Of a stretch of DNA of 64,000 nt, positions 36,422 through 49,628 are shown piece by piece. The stretch spans positions 3,038,001 to 3,102,000 of the forward strand of contig CP110439.1 in the NCBI GenBank assembly GCA_026914245.1, given 5' to 3'. Numbering within the stretch: the stretch's first letter is position 1; each line of letters opens with the position of its first letter. The notes beneath the pieces were generated by a model. That model was given only the letters and a program-made list of their open reading frames with translations, did not search any database and had not been told where the DNA came from. The position numbers and the translations under genes are program-made. The DNA comes from Puccinia triticina (lineage: Eukaryota).

Positions 36422-39400
36422 CAACACCGCAAGAGCTACGCTTCGCTACAAAAAGCGGCACTTTTGTGTAGCGAAGCGGGGTACCGCTTTTTCAAATGAC
36501 AATTAGAGATAGCGCGAGCGGAAGGCCGCTACTTAAAGCGGTAGCGAAGCGCCAGTACCACTACTTTAAATATGATTAGCGCGTAGCGCAGCAAACTTTT
36601 TTCCGCTTTCGCTAAAGCTGAGCGTAGCGGCGAAATCGGCGCTTTTTGGCGCTATTAGCGCCTTGTAGCGCCCAAAGCGTAGCGAATGGGGCAACTTTTC
36701 TTGAAAAAGCGTAGCGGGCCAGTCCGCCTTTCTGTGGAAACTGCCTTAGATGAAAATTAATCATCAACTAGAGTTCAAGGCGGCTACGCTGCTGCACTTT
36801 CAGGGGTGCAGTACCACATTAGGTGATTAAACAAATTGTCTGAGCAGGCCCACAACTTTTACAACCCTTTGAAATATTTCAACTCTTGGATGTTCTTGTT
36901 TTACTACAGTCCAGACAGCAGTCCCACATGAGATGGGGTCTTTCTGATGAAGAGAAATTGACTGTGGCTGTACGTCTCAAAATTTGCCAGCCAGTTCAGA
37001 TGTATTACTACAAATCTCCTCCTGTCAGCTTTACTGTAGTTACAACCACTGTGTTCTTCCAAACCTGCATACCTACTTTCAATTCATCAGATTTTACTTA
37101 TTATTGACATGCCATGAACTTCTTGTCCTCTCTTTGGTTGGAAGTTTTGTGATTGACAAAGAAGTTGAACAAGCATGTTGTTTGCCATCTGGAGACCCAG
37201 GAAATTTTAAAAAAGCAGAATTGATTGTTGAAATTGGGTACAAAATATTATCACAACACCTGCTTCTTCAGGAATCAATTGCAACAACAGTGTACTGTGA
37301 ATTCAAAGCTACCCATGCAGTATACTGCTACAAATGAAGAGTCTCACAACAGGTTGGTTTGACATAAAAACACAAGACAGCATTTGACTCCGAGTCCTTA
37401 ACATCTATTTCAGTTATCTTCATTGAGCTAGAGTTTGCTTACATCTTTGCAGTGCCTGAATTTCTTTTGTTAAAATGTTACTCTCCTTAAACACAGCTGA
37501 TACTATATTCTTATAGACAGTTGGAGTATTTACTAAACAACATTCCAAAGGATCCAAAACAGAAGACAAACAGAGGGACCACCGGGTGAGGGGGGGGGGG
37601 GGGGCAGGGGTGACGGAGGAGCAAAGAGCGCCATGATATATAGTCCTTATCAATGAAAAATGATAAATGTGTGATGGGTTCACACTACTGGGTCTTGGAT
37701 GCTGGAGGAGGCAATTTTTGCAAGGCAACTCCAGTTGGCTTGGTTGGAATGCATCTTTGACTGATAAAATCAATAGAAAACATAACTATGTATTCATGGG
37801 GGCCAAGACGTGAGGCATGAGGCCGAGTAAGGGGGAGCGTTTCTGCAGGGTTTGAAGACGCCAATGAGGTTATTGAGAGTAGCAGCGAAAGAGCCGCTGA
37901 GAGCCAGTCAAGAAGCTTTAGACGCTGGTGGATGCTGCATTATCAGCCTCAAAGAAGATGACCCAAGGTTGAGTGTCCGTCGGTTGGACTTGTATGAGCA
38001 CCATTAAAGGTGCTAAGAGATGTATCCCTCCACAGTGTTGGTGGCAGTCCAGTATAGAGCCGGCAGACTCTTCTAGCGCACTGAACCAAGTTGCTTGCCA
38101 AGAATTGGCCGCCGACTCTTCAATACCGCCCAGGCCGTTTGAGTTGAACAGCAAAAGCCGAAGAACCTGCAGGTGGAGTATAGGTGTTTACTGAAGCCAT
38201 GTCCGAGTTGACTGGAGTGTTGAGAAAAATTTGATGGATAGAGGGCCTGTGGGCCTCATCTGGATGAGACCATAGCACATTCACTTTCTGGTGGTTGTCT
38301 ACTTTTATTGGGGACTACTGATGGTTCTGTTTCTGTGAATGCATTGTTGATGGAAGATTGGTGAAAGTAAGTGACTGCTGGGGCGGTGAAGATCTGTCTG
38401 CAATCAAGTCGCTTTTCTAACCAAAACAACACGGAAATCAGTTAACGATCATCAGGTCTGTCACTACTGCAGTCTCAGATGTTCATAAGAGTAATTTCAC
38501 CCTCCCCGGCGCACTTTTTGTCTTCCGGAAGAGTCGCTAAGGTCATGGCAAGTGAGGGTATGGCAGTTCCTGAGGACAGGTATCAGCGTCAGACCAGTAT
38601 ATTCACAAGATAGTAGTGATACAAGCAAAGTATCAAACTTACATCTGCAAGCTCAGCCGGTAGTTCACAGACATCGAGGTTCAGAGAAGCTTCTACATAC
38701 CAGCTCTCATGCGCCCCCAATTTTCTTGAGTTTATGTACCCCTTGGGTGGCGAGCTGAACTAAGCCTCTCTGTGGAGGCGCAAAGCGTCTTTGAAGCGAC
38801 CTCCAACGGAAAGATTTCGTTAATTTCGCCAGCATGGGTCATGACGTCCGTAGGGCCGTTACCTGTGCGGCCTCTTGGTGGTGGATTGATGGTTGGTATT
38901 GAGGTTCATTAATTCACGTAAAAAGAGTGGATAGCGGTTAGTGCGTTTCGGAGAGCCTGGCTTGAGCTCCAGTGGGAACAAGCTTACTATTGACAGAATG
39001 TGATGATTGGTTGATTTTTGTGGCGGATGGCTTGATCATCCCAAGGCGTTGTGCAACGTTGACAATGAAGGGTGTGATTCTAAACCTGTATGACAGGGTT
39101 GGTTGTTGAGGCCGGTCTAGGCTGGTAGCACATACTGCTAGGGCTCCACTGTTGTTATGAGGATGGTGTGTCGCAGATGAGAGCTTTGTGTTGATTATAT
39201 AAAGAGCTCTTGTGTGCTGGATTTAGCCCCAGGGCATCCCCCGTTGCACTTGCGCGGGTTGATGTCCTCACAGCCCCAACTTTTGCCCCACGCACTTGCG
39301 CCAGGCTGAGCGGGTTAAATCCGGTCTCTTTTCACCTGTGGCATGTCACAGGCTGGGAGTTCGTAAAATCAGTTGCTTTTTATCATGTAATTTAGTCTAC

Positions 39401-39788
39401 TTTGGTTTTTTGTTTAGCTTGAAAACCCTTTTATTTGTTTCTGAAAAACCTCTTGTACAGGGGAAACCCTTGAATTGTTTTTTTTGGTGAATCTGTGGTT
39501 TTAATAAACTTAGATCCTCCATCAATTATGATTCTGGGGATTGATATTGGAATGTTGCTACAGTAGCGCAGCAAAATTGCTAAAGTAGCGTTTTTTCCGC
39601 TACTGTAGCAATAAGCGTAGCGGAATTCCGCTATTCACCGCTGAAAATAGCTGGCTATTTTTGCGGATCTTTTCTGCTTGAAAAAAAAAGCAAAAAGCGT
39701 AGCGCCCAGTCCCCTACTAAAAGCGCAGCGAAGTGGGACCCAAATTGCTACGCTTACCGCTTTGCGTAGCGTAGCTCTTGCGGTGTTG
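36422..39788. mobile_element. TIR DNA element with CAA termini and 7-bp TSD (P-element-like by inference)
   Basis: TIR CAACACCGCAAGAGCTACGCT / AGCGTAGCTCTTGCGGTGTTG, perfect TSD CTGTCAT (36415-36421 and 39789-39795), GTAGCG-rich subterminal regions. Confidence 0.85.
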
Positions 39789-39894
39789 CTGTCATGCAGT
39801 AGGCATGACTAGAAATCTCAGCCGTTGTAGCCCTAGTGGTGAGTAGAGTGAAAATGGCTGTAGAATTCAGTCCTCAAGTGATTCCTGAAAGATA

Positions 39895-41650
39895 ATTATC
39901 ATAAAATTTTCATTACATAAAATCATAAAATCATAAAAATTTCAAATGATCATGATTTTATATTTACCATTTTAGAAATGTTGCTCTAATATGAGTGTTT
40001 GGGTGTACATATTTTTTTCACCTCAGAATTTTATGATTTTATGGTGTTATTATTTTCAGACCTACTTTGCGCAGCAGCGAAAAACTCTTCGCGCACAGAA
40101 TCGACCGTCCCCTGACGTCAAGCCCGCTGTGCGCGCAAGCCGAAAAATACTTCGCGCACAGCGACTTCCCCCGAAAGAAGGAGGGGATTTTTCTCAAAAA
40201 AAAATTGATTAATCAAAAGAGGGGGTCTTAACTGCCCTCTCCAAAAAATATTGGATTTTTTTGAAGGTGTCCTTGTGATGCAAAAAAAATATATCATAAT
40301 ATTAATCCAAAAAAAAGGCACCCGCGACCCCGATAGCCCACCCCGGGGACTTTTCACCTGCTAAGACTTAAGCGGTCGGGTACCCAGCCCCTCGAAAAGA
40401 AAGTTCGAGGGGCAGCAGCTCCGGGCCCGGCTATCCCCCAGCCGCCGTGCCGATGGCCGGCACAGGCCATCGAGCGGAGTTGCACACTCCCCCGATGACC
40501 GGCCGGCCAGCACACATGGTGCATCTAGCACTATTTACCGGTCATCGAGGGGATTGTGCACTCCTCTCGATGGCCACTCTGTCCCGGTCATCGAGTGGAG
40601 TACATCCTTCCCTCGATGACCGGGTCCGTTCCGGTCATCGAGGAGAGTACATACTTCCCTCGATGACCGGGTCCATGCCGGTCATCGGGAGGAGTACATC
40701 CTTCCCTCGATGACCGGGTCCGTTCCGGTCATCGAGAGGAATGTTCACTCCTCTCGACGACCGGAGTAATCGGGTCACGGAGGGGAGTGTACTCCTCTCG
40801 ATGGCGTCCATCGAGAGGAGTACATCCTTCCCTCGATGACCGAGACCGTTCCGGTCATCGAGGGGAGTGTTCACTCCTCTCGCCAACCGGAGCAACCAGG
40901 TCACCAAGCTCCGGTCGTCGAGAGGAGTGAACATTCCTCTCGATGACCGGAACGGACCCGGTCATCGAGGGAAGGATGTACTCCTCCCGATGACCGGCAT
41001 GGACCCGGTCATCGAGGGAAGTATGTACTCTCCTCGATGACCGGAACGGACCCGGTCCTCGAGGGAAGGATGTACTCCACTCGATGACCGGGACAGAGTG
41101 GCCATCGAGAGGAGTGCACAATCCCCTCGATGACCGGTAAATAGTGCTAGATGCACCATGTGTGCTGGCCGGCCGGTCATCGGGGGAGTGTGCAACTCCG
41201 CTCGATGGCCTGTGCCGGCCATCGGCACGGCGGCTGGGGGATAGCCGGGCCCGGAGCTGCTGCCCCTCGAACTTTCTTTTCGAGGGGCTGGGTACCCGAC
41301 CGCTTAAGTCTTAGCAGGTGAAAAGTCCCCGGGGTGGGCTATCGGGGTCGCGGGTGCCTTTTTTTTGGATTAATATTATGATTTTTTTTTTTTGCATCAC
41401 AAGGACACCTTCAAAAAATCCAATATTTTTCGGAGGGGGCAAGTAAGACCCCCTCTTTTGATCCATCGAAAAAAAATCTGGAAAAATCACCTTCTTCTTT
41501 CGGGGGAAGTCACTGTGCGCGAAGTAATTTTCGGCTTGCGCGCACAGCGGGCTCGACGTCGGGGGACGGTCGATTCTGTGCGCGAAGAGTTTTCCGCTGC
41601 TGCGCGAAGTAGGTCCAATTATTTTATGCAAGTCAACTTTGAACACCCTA
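39895..41650. mobile_element. TAWGG-family MITE split by the foldback element
   Basis: Sequence on either side of 40057-41617 is collinear with the 35532-35730 MITE and ends CAACTTTGAACACCCTA. The left end is eroded. Confidence 0.7.
40057..41617. mobile_element. Foldback element with ~710-bp inverted arms and 8-bp TSD
   Basis: Arms 40057-40766 and 40909-41617, TSD ATTATTTT, mirror ORFs 40447-40713(+) and 40962-41228(-), internal GGTCATCGAG/CTCGATGACC subrepeats. Confidence 0.92.
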
Positions 41651-41654
41651 AATC

Positions 41655-41815
41655 TATGGTGTTCAAAATTGCATATGTCACGGTTTACATAAAATCATAA
41701 AGCCAATTTTGGCTGGGAGATGTCAGCGTGCATAAAACTTAAAGTGACATCTCCCAGCCAAAATTGCAGTTTATGATTTTATGTAAAAAAATCTTATGCA
41801 ATTCTGAACACCATA
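41655..41815. mobile_element. MITE, TAWGG-terminal family
   Basis: TATGGTGTTCAAAATTGCATA / TATGCAATTCTGAACACCATA with ATC duplicated. Confidence 0.85.
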
Positions 41816-41908
41816 ATCCTACAGGTAAAGGAAAGAAACTGCCACCACTTGACATGCAGGAACTCTCACTTTGACATTTTTCAAATTTTACTTCAAGCAA
41901 GCTTCAAT

Positions 41909-42253
41909 TATGGTATTCAAAATTGCATAAGATTTTTTTACATAAAATCATAAACTGCAATTTTGGCTGGGAGATGTCACTTTAAGTTTTATGCACGCTG
42001 ACATCTCCCAGCCAAAATTGGTTTTATGATTTTATGTAAATTATGGTGTTCAAAGTTGGTTTGCATAATTTTATGCATGCATAAATCATAAAATCATAAA
42101 AATATTTTGGCAATGAAATTCTGTATTACATAATCAGACAGTCATATCCCCTGCAAAAAAGATTTTATGATTTTATGATTTATGCATGCATAAAGTTATG
42201 CAAACCAACTTTGAACACCATAAATAGTGACATATACAATTTTGAATACCATA
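41909..42253. mobile_element. Inverted copy of the 41655 MITE with a nested MITE at 42042-42222
   Basis: Both have TATGG...CCATA termini and AAT duplications. Confidence 0.85.
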
Positions 42254-42420
42254 AATGGACAGTTACTGTGCAAATCAACATAATTATGTAACTGGGTGAA
42301 GTTGCTATGGTAAGTTGCAACCACCATGATGCTGGAGTACATATCTTGCATGTCACCTGGAGTCTGGCAGCAGTTGCACAACTTTCTCTTGTAGTGTAAT
42401 ATGAGAAAAGAGAATGGATT

Positions 42421-43256
42421 TTAGGTCTCCACACCGTGTAAAAACATTTGGAAAATTAAATAAAGTAGCCAAATCAAAACAGTCCACACTGTGAGACTTG
42501 TCAACGGGTATTGACAAAATACTTTGTAATACAAAAAATATCTAACCTTTTCAAATGGGGATAATAGTGAGGCTCTACAAGTTGGGCAGGAGGTTTGTAT
42601 TTCCTTCCAATCTTCGATGCACCATATATGGTATGCTTGATGGCACCCTGTACAAGGTATTACAGAGTCCATACAAATGACATCCAAGCAAATGGGGCAC
42701 TCTTCAAATTTTGTTGAACTTGATGTAGACAGGGTGACTTCTTTTCCTAGCTTGTTGGATCGATTAGGAAGAGGTGAGATCTCTAAACTAGCTTTCTGGA
42801 GTAATTTTTGGTCACTGTCATCCTTCACCGGCGGATGCTCGATCATGACGCTCTCTAAACGTGAATTCGTCGCCTAGAACCACAAATTATCACATCACTC
42901 AATTATCCGGTCGCAGATATGCTTGTCTTCCACTCACTTGGATTCCTGGTTGGTAAGGTAGCTGTATCAATCCCCCTTGAGGATTTTCTAGATCTAATGG
43001 CTCCGTGACTGGTCCGATGGATGCCTCGTACCGAATTGAATCAATTGGGTGAAGTCCGCGTTCACTGAGCTCCATGACTTGCTGATTTGCATTTTGACGA
43101 GAGAATTGGGTTAATCGTGCAGGAAAATCGATCGCCACGCATTTGCCAATGAACTATTTAAAAGACCACGTCGCGAATAAGCTTGCTGAATGTTAGTTCA
43201 CGATGCCATAATACAATGAAAGGACGAACTATCAGGACAGGTAACGCCATATACAT
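42421..43256 (-). CDS. Signal peptide + RING/PHD-like zinc finger + C-terminal TM protein (3 exons, ~231 aa)
   Basis: Exons 43256-43230, 43153-42938 and 42873-42421 join in frame. MYMALPVLIFIGKCVA...CPIC..CTGCHQAYHIWC...W...CPTCR...LTVWTVLIWLLYLIFQMFL. The first exon is inferred. Confidence 0.72.
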
Positions 43257-44817
43257 GTTGAAAAGGCCGAAATCCTGGTTCCGCCAGTGGGTTTAGATGG
43301 GCTAGAATTGTTTCGGCAAAGGCAAAGACGGCTACAAGAAGCAGTTCATAGCAATGTAAACACGTTATCCCAATCCGGTTGCAGACTGCACATTTTATCC
43401 CCCTCTGGTCGGTACACGTTTTGGGAGTATGTAAATAAAGCCGTGCCTGAGGAATCTAAATACCGTCGGCAAAACCGATTATTTGTCGTGCCGCTTCAGA
43501 TGTTCTTCAATAATCTCCAGCTGCAAGGTCAGGTTAACCAACAGATGTATTGGCCTATGTTTGCAATCGAATTGAGCTTGCCGGGCGTAGTGAGGATGAT
43601 CCACGAAACAAAGATGAAAGGTTCTTATACTCAAATCATTCTTGGTAAGGCCCAGCCCAAGCTTACCTTACTTCGGGGTGGACCTCGCGTCCGAAGGACT
43701 CTCCGTACGAGTCTGGCCTCGCGAGGGGCGGAATACATAGATACACACCGGGCCGGATGAATTAAGGCCTGGGCCCGCCACCTGATGAAGGGACGGCCAG
43801 AACCGACGATTAGATTGCGTGACGCCTGGGCCCCATTTGTTGATTGTCTGAAGGGTTTCTTAACTCGCGCGTCGGAATAAACGCGACTAGTGAAGCTGCC
43901 CTTGAAGGGATTATAAAAACCAAGTCGGAGATGTGCGACCGCTCCGACCCTCAAGGGCTTCTTGACCAACTGGCTGACCGACCCAGAGGACGGCGAGTCG
44001 GAAGAAGGTTCGAGAGCTCGAGGCCAGTCGATTCATCTTCCTCTACATAATCATGCAGCAAAGCGGTAAATAAAACATTGAACCAGAGTGTGCGGTCGGA
44101 CAAAGGCTGTTTGATGCTGGCTAAGACAATGTTTGACTGGCCCGGTGGTGTATACCGAGGAATCCGGGCTGCTAAAAGTCATCGGAGCTGGAGGAAGCTG
44201 AATGACTCAACGGCACCCCGGCCATCTAAGTCACTCTTCACAGTCCAGGAACGGGCACACTAACCGCCAGTCTGCGCAGGGCTAGCCGGTTCAAAACATT
44301 AAGAAATGGCCTTCCTGGAGAGAGCGAAACAGCAAGTGGCATTGCCTGTTCCTTGGTGCCGAGTACCATGCTCATTATTATAAAAGCCTGCTAAACACCC
44401 ACCCTGTCTTCATTATCGGATCCCATCAGCTTTCCAATCAACATCAAGTCTCTCAAGCGCCGGTGAACATTGACTCCCAGTTCTCTTATTTCTTGCTAAG
44501 GAAGAAGTCTATCAGTCTAGTTTTATTCCTCACTTTTTTTCCGTTCCGCATCAGTGTTCTTCATCTTCCTTAAGTTCACCAATCTGAGTATACCCCCAAG
44601 TAAACCGAAGCGATCCATCCTTCGTGCTCTCTCAAGGTCCGTTTTCTTGGTTTTCGATTTTTCTCCAGCTTTCCTTCCTCGTTTATCGAGACATTGATTC
44701 CAAGTTCATTTCCGCAAACACCTATCCCGTCTTGCGTTTTAGAACTCGCCAAAGATCTTGATCACCCATCTTCTTGCTTTCTCTGCTCCCTGCATCCCCC
44801 CATCAACTTAGTTCAAC

Positions 44818-46795
44818 ATGAAGTCTGCCTACCAACTTTCCCCTATCCCGCCTTTCCGGGCTCAGACTACCAAGACAACGTCCTCGATGTTTTCCACCAC
44901 GTCAAACTTTGAGGCCGCCGCGTCCCCCGATTCCACCGCAGGCACGGATGCCAGCTCTCAGCTGACGTCTTTCTCCTTCAATAAGAAGCGCCCGCCACCT
45001 TTGAAGCGCTCTTCACGATCAAATCTCAGCTTGATCGAACATGATGGACCCTCGGCCCCCTCACCGCCCTCACCCCTCGGAACTGAACAGATCCTCAACG
45101 ATCAAAATGGGATCTCGCCTCGCAGTGGTTCCAGGCCTCTTAGTCCGCTGACCAAAGGACATCAAGAGGCTCGTCGCCCCTCTATTCCATCCCGCTTTCT
45201 ACCTGGCCGTCCAAGCAACTATGTTCAAGCTGTTCCTCGAGCCAACATGAGCGCATCTAAACCTCGAACTTCGAACCATGGGTCGATCTTTATGCCCAAG
45301 GCAGATGCGACTTTAACACCGCCAGCTACGCCCAACTCCCGAGAAGCTAACTTTCTTCAAGCTAAATCCATTTCATTTCTCTCGAAATCCATCAACCCCC
45401 AGCTTCCGCCCACCCCAAGTACATCGCCCTACCAGAAGGCTACTCCCCTTGTGCCCACGACAGTGTCGGCAAAAGCTCTGGCGGCTCACAAACTGCATCC
45501 CGTATTTCTAGCCAACTACACCCTTGGCGATGAACTAGGTAGCGGTGGTTTCGGATTTGTAGTTCAAGCGTCTAGAAATGAGGATGCAATGCAGTGTGCA
45601 GTTAAGTTTATTTACAAAGAAAAAATTCCTCAGCAAGCTTGGGTTAAGGATGACCATTGGGACGACGAGTCCGACACCAACGGTATCATGAGAACGAAAG
45701 ATGGGATCAAGAGGGTTCCCTTAGAAGCCGTGAGCTACCTTTTATCCAATTATTATCGGTATCATCTTCTCACTCTTATCCTACTTTCTACATAGTATGT
45801 ACTCAAAACTATTCGACACCGAGGAGTGGTATCTTTTGTGGATCTTTTCGAGGATAATACTTATGTGTATCTGGTCAGTTAATCACCCGGGATCCTCGCG
45901 CATCTAAATTCGAGAAACTGACTCTACAGTAATGGTATAGGTCATGGAACATCACGGTTCTCCATGGACAGCTTCCGAGAAGGAGAATAAAGCCCCCAGC
46001 TTTCTGAAGAAGCTGCCGATGGTCAACTTATTGCAATCAACCCCCAAGAAGCCCCTAGTTACGAGTGGGCTCAAGCTTGAGATGGCATCGGAATCGCGAA
46101 AAGGCAGTCTTACCTTGCCGCCTCCTATGCCGGGTATGATGCGTCGCTCTTCCTGCGATTTATTTGAGTGCATCGAGCAGCACAGCCGCCTTCCGGAGAA
46201 GTACGCCAAATACGTCTTTGCACAACTGATTGATGTTGTGGGCTGTCTGCACTACAATGGATTCGTCCATCGGGACATTAAGGACGAAAACATTGTGATC
46301 GATGACAAGTACAGAATGAAGTTGATTGATTTCGGCTCAACTTACCTTTTCGATTACCGACAAGAGCCTCAATCACTCAACCGTTTCTTTGGTGTGTTTT
46401 CGCCCTTCATTCAAAGTTGAACTCACATTATACTAATTCATATTGAATCAGGCACCCTGAACTTTGCCGCACCAGAGCTAATCAAGAAAGGTTCTTACCA
46501 ACCTATGGCTGCCGAGATTTGGTCCTTAGGGATCCTTCTCTCGATCCTCGTCACTGGAGAGTCTTTCTTCCACGACACCGAAGCTATCAAGCACTACAAG
46601 GCTTCCCCTCCTAATAACCCGGTCTCGGAGAGTTGTATGGATCTTATCTTTCGATGTTTAGCCTACAAACCGGAGGACCGTTGGAACTGCTTCAAGATCC
46701 GAACTCACCCTTGGTTGGCCGACTGTCAGTGGACCTGGAGTGATCTTCCTACTGATTCGTGTACGGAAAGCATAACTCGAGTGCGCAAGCTGTAG
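44818..46795 (+). CDS. Ser/Thr protein kinase, CAMK group (PIM/PAS-kinase-like), 4 exons
   Basis: LGSGGFGFV, AVKFIYK, DLFECIE, HRDIKDENIVID, DFGS, GTLNFAAPE and IWSLGILL. Confidence 0.9.
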
Positions 46796-47670
46796 AGAGT
46801 TTAGAGAAAGCAGCTTTGGTAAACCTTATCCTAATTTCATAAACCAGAAAAAAATTGTATATGTATCGGACCCCGCATAAAAATGAAAGCTTCCTGACCG
46901 CTGTTGTACTTTGTAAGACTCCATTCGGGTCGACCAAATTTGTGAACAGCTGTGTACCTTGTTAGTTGATGTACTTTGCCCCTGATGTTCGGCCTCATTT
47001 TCTCTCTCGCTTCCCCTTTGGACATTTTGAGCTCTCTGGCTATTGCTCTAGCCATCTGTGTGGTGACCTATCTATCTCATACATCCAATCATTCCACTTT
47101 GATTAGTGATTACTTTTTTTCTCTTTGCATTTCTCATTATCCTTTACTGTTCATCCACCCCTTCCCTTCCTTCGAGGAAAGTTTAATCATTACCATCATT
47201 ATTTGCCCGGAACCCTTTCTGCGTGCTCGACAACGTGACGTCGCCAAACATGGACTTGACATGAAGCGACTTCAGGACTCTCCGAAAGTTCCACTTAGTC
47301 GTCGTTCTTTTCCATATTCCTGTTTAACAAGACCCGTAACCCGAATGACCTCCCGTCAAATCTTCAACCTTTGCAGCTTTCTACCCTTTCATTTGACAAT
47401 TTGTAGACCTAGGTGACACCGGTTTTTTCCATGGGAATCTCTGAGGCTCTGAACATGGAATCTGCAGGGTGCCAGACCTCCAGTGCCACGGGATTTATCG
47501 GCACAGCCATCAGGTGATATTTAAATATGTAGATCCCATGGACCACCGAACGGGGGGAGGGCACAGTTATGCATGTAAGCCTTTATGCATAATGCCACTC
47601 GGCCTAGACGGGCCACCAATTTGCAACCGGCCGCCGATGGGCTTCAACCGAAAATAACTTTGGATCCGAT

Positions 47671-49628
47671 ATGACACATCCGACCAGGACGATTTCGGCT
47701 GGAGACAACCTTCTCTTGAAACTGCCATCGGGTCAGAGCCGAACGATCAAGAACCTGACGCCTGACAGGTAAGCAGGCCCGAATTTATTAGCAAATTGGA
47801 AAGTGGCACTGATATTCTGCTTTGATTCCACAGCACGATTAGTTTGGGGAAGTTCGGGAAATTTCAAACCAATGAACTGCTCAACCAACCCTTCGGTTTG
47901 ACCTTCGAGATCTTGGAGGACGGAAAACTTGTCTTGTATGATCAGATTGACCTTGCCGTCGATCCCAGTCCGATGGTCGATGAGGTGAAATCATTCGAGA
48001 GCATTAAGGGGATGGTCAATGGAATCTGTTTTGAGTTCTTTTTTATTTTGGTCGCTTCCTCATAAAAAAAAAAAATCTGGATCAGTAGATCAATAAAATC
48101 CAATTTAGGAAAAAAGCTGACACGTCCTTGATACATTTTGTGTCTTCCATAATAATTATTTTTTGATTGGGGAGGACTTCGATTTTTGACGGAAGCTAAT
48201 GTAGAAGATATAGAGGCCACAAATGAGATGATCAAAGAAAGTGATGGCGCACAAAAGCTTACCAACCAGGAAATTGAAGAACTCAAGAAATCCGGTCTCA
48301 GCGGTCGAGTAAGTCGGATTGAATACTCCCCATAAGCTTTCTCTCATTAAAAATCTAATCCTCGCATCACAAACAGGAAATCATATTGAGACAGATCCAG
48401 CAACATTCTGCATTCGAATTAAAATCGGAATTCAGCAAGGCTAAATACATTAAAAGGAAAGAGAAAAAGTAAGTAGTAAGTTTAATTTTAAAACCAGGAA
48501 AGATAAGCATTTACAATTATCCATCACAGCACTGATTGAAACAAATTGTCGTTAGATTCTTGAAAATGTTCACATGTATAGACCCCACAATCCATAATCT
48601 ATCTCAATATCTGTTCGAGAATCATCATTTCGCGGTCAAAGGCCTAAGGCCAGATACACTGTCACAAATGCTCAGTCTATCAAATATTCGACCAGGCTGG
48701 AGGGGGATAGTAGTCGACGATATTGGCGGTCTGCTGGTTGCTGCAGCTCTGATACGAATGGGCGGCAAGTTCATGTATCTGTTTATCACCGTTGATTTCT
48801 GAAGCTGTTGATAGATAACTGATTTTTTTCTGTCGATTATAGGGCAAGGATCGATCTTTGTAATAAACAACGCAGATTCTCCACCAGATCTGCACTTGCT
48901 AGAACTCTTTAACTTGCCCACGTCGGCTTTAGCACCGTTGAAATCATTGAACTGGGCCCAGATAGAAGCCGATTGGACGACGAATGAGATCGAAGAGCTC
49001 TTATCACTCCATCAAACTCCTCCTCAGCCTGCCTCTCTTCTTAACCACACGCCTTCCGATCCTCAAGTCGATAATCCAGCCGATCGGTCGAAAAAGGAAC
49101 CGAACAACCAATCTAAATCGAGGAAAAAGTTCCAGCGTGTTCAGGCTCTCTTGAACGTTCGCCAAGAGTTCTTCGAGAGTCAATTTGAGGGGTGAGATAT
49201 CTTATTCAGGCTGCTCGATTCCTTAAGAAGGGAACTCTTAGCGCTGATGGACTTGCACATGTCGCTCAAGGTTGATCACTTGTTCGGAATATGAACCCGA
49301 GTCGATCGTCTCAAACCTGCTGGATAGGTTGATGGCCTCGTCGACGATCGTAATATACTCCTGTCACCTACGGCCCCTATCGGACCTACAGACCCTACTC
49401 AAAAAATCATCAGTACCCTCGACATCCTCCTCCTCATCACTGGTCGAACAAAATGAGCTGACCAGAAAAATGAAAGAGTCCAAAACGGAGTTTATCCAAA
49501 TCACTATCTCGGAGCCGTGGCTAAGGGTCTATCAGGTTCTAGTCGGCCGCACGCATCCCGAAATGAATGGTACTCATCATGGAGGTTTCATCTTTAGCGC
49601 TATCAAAGTTATCAGCTCTTGTTCTTGA
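47671..49628 (+). CDS. TRM6: tRNA m1A58 methyltransferase non-catalytic subunit (multi-exon)
   Basis: LGKFGKF..NELL.QPFGLTFEI, QKLTNQEIEELKK, FELKSEFSKAKYIKRKEKK, LRPDTLSQMLSLSNI and EPWLRVYQVLVGRTHPEM. Confidence 0.92.

Noticed and set aside
40447..41228. Twin 88-aa ORFs on opposite strands as genes
   Set aside because: They are a by-product of the inverted arms of the foldback element.
43287..44263. ORFs upstream of the kinase
   Set aside because: No domains or consistent exon structure; probably promoter or intergenic DNA.
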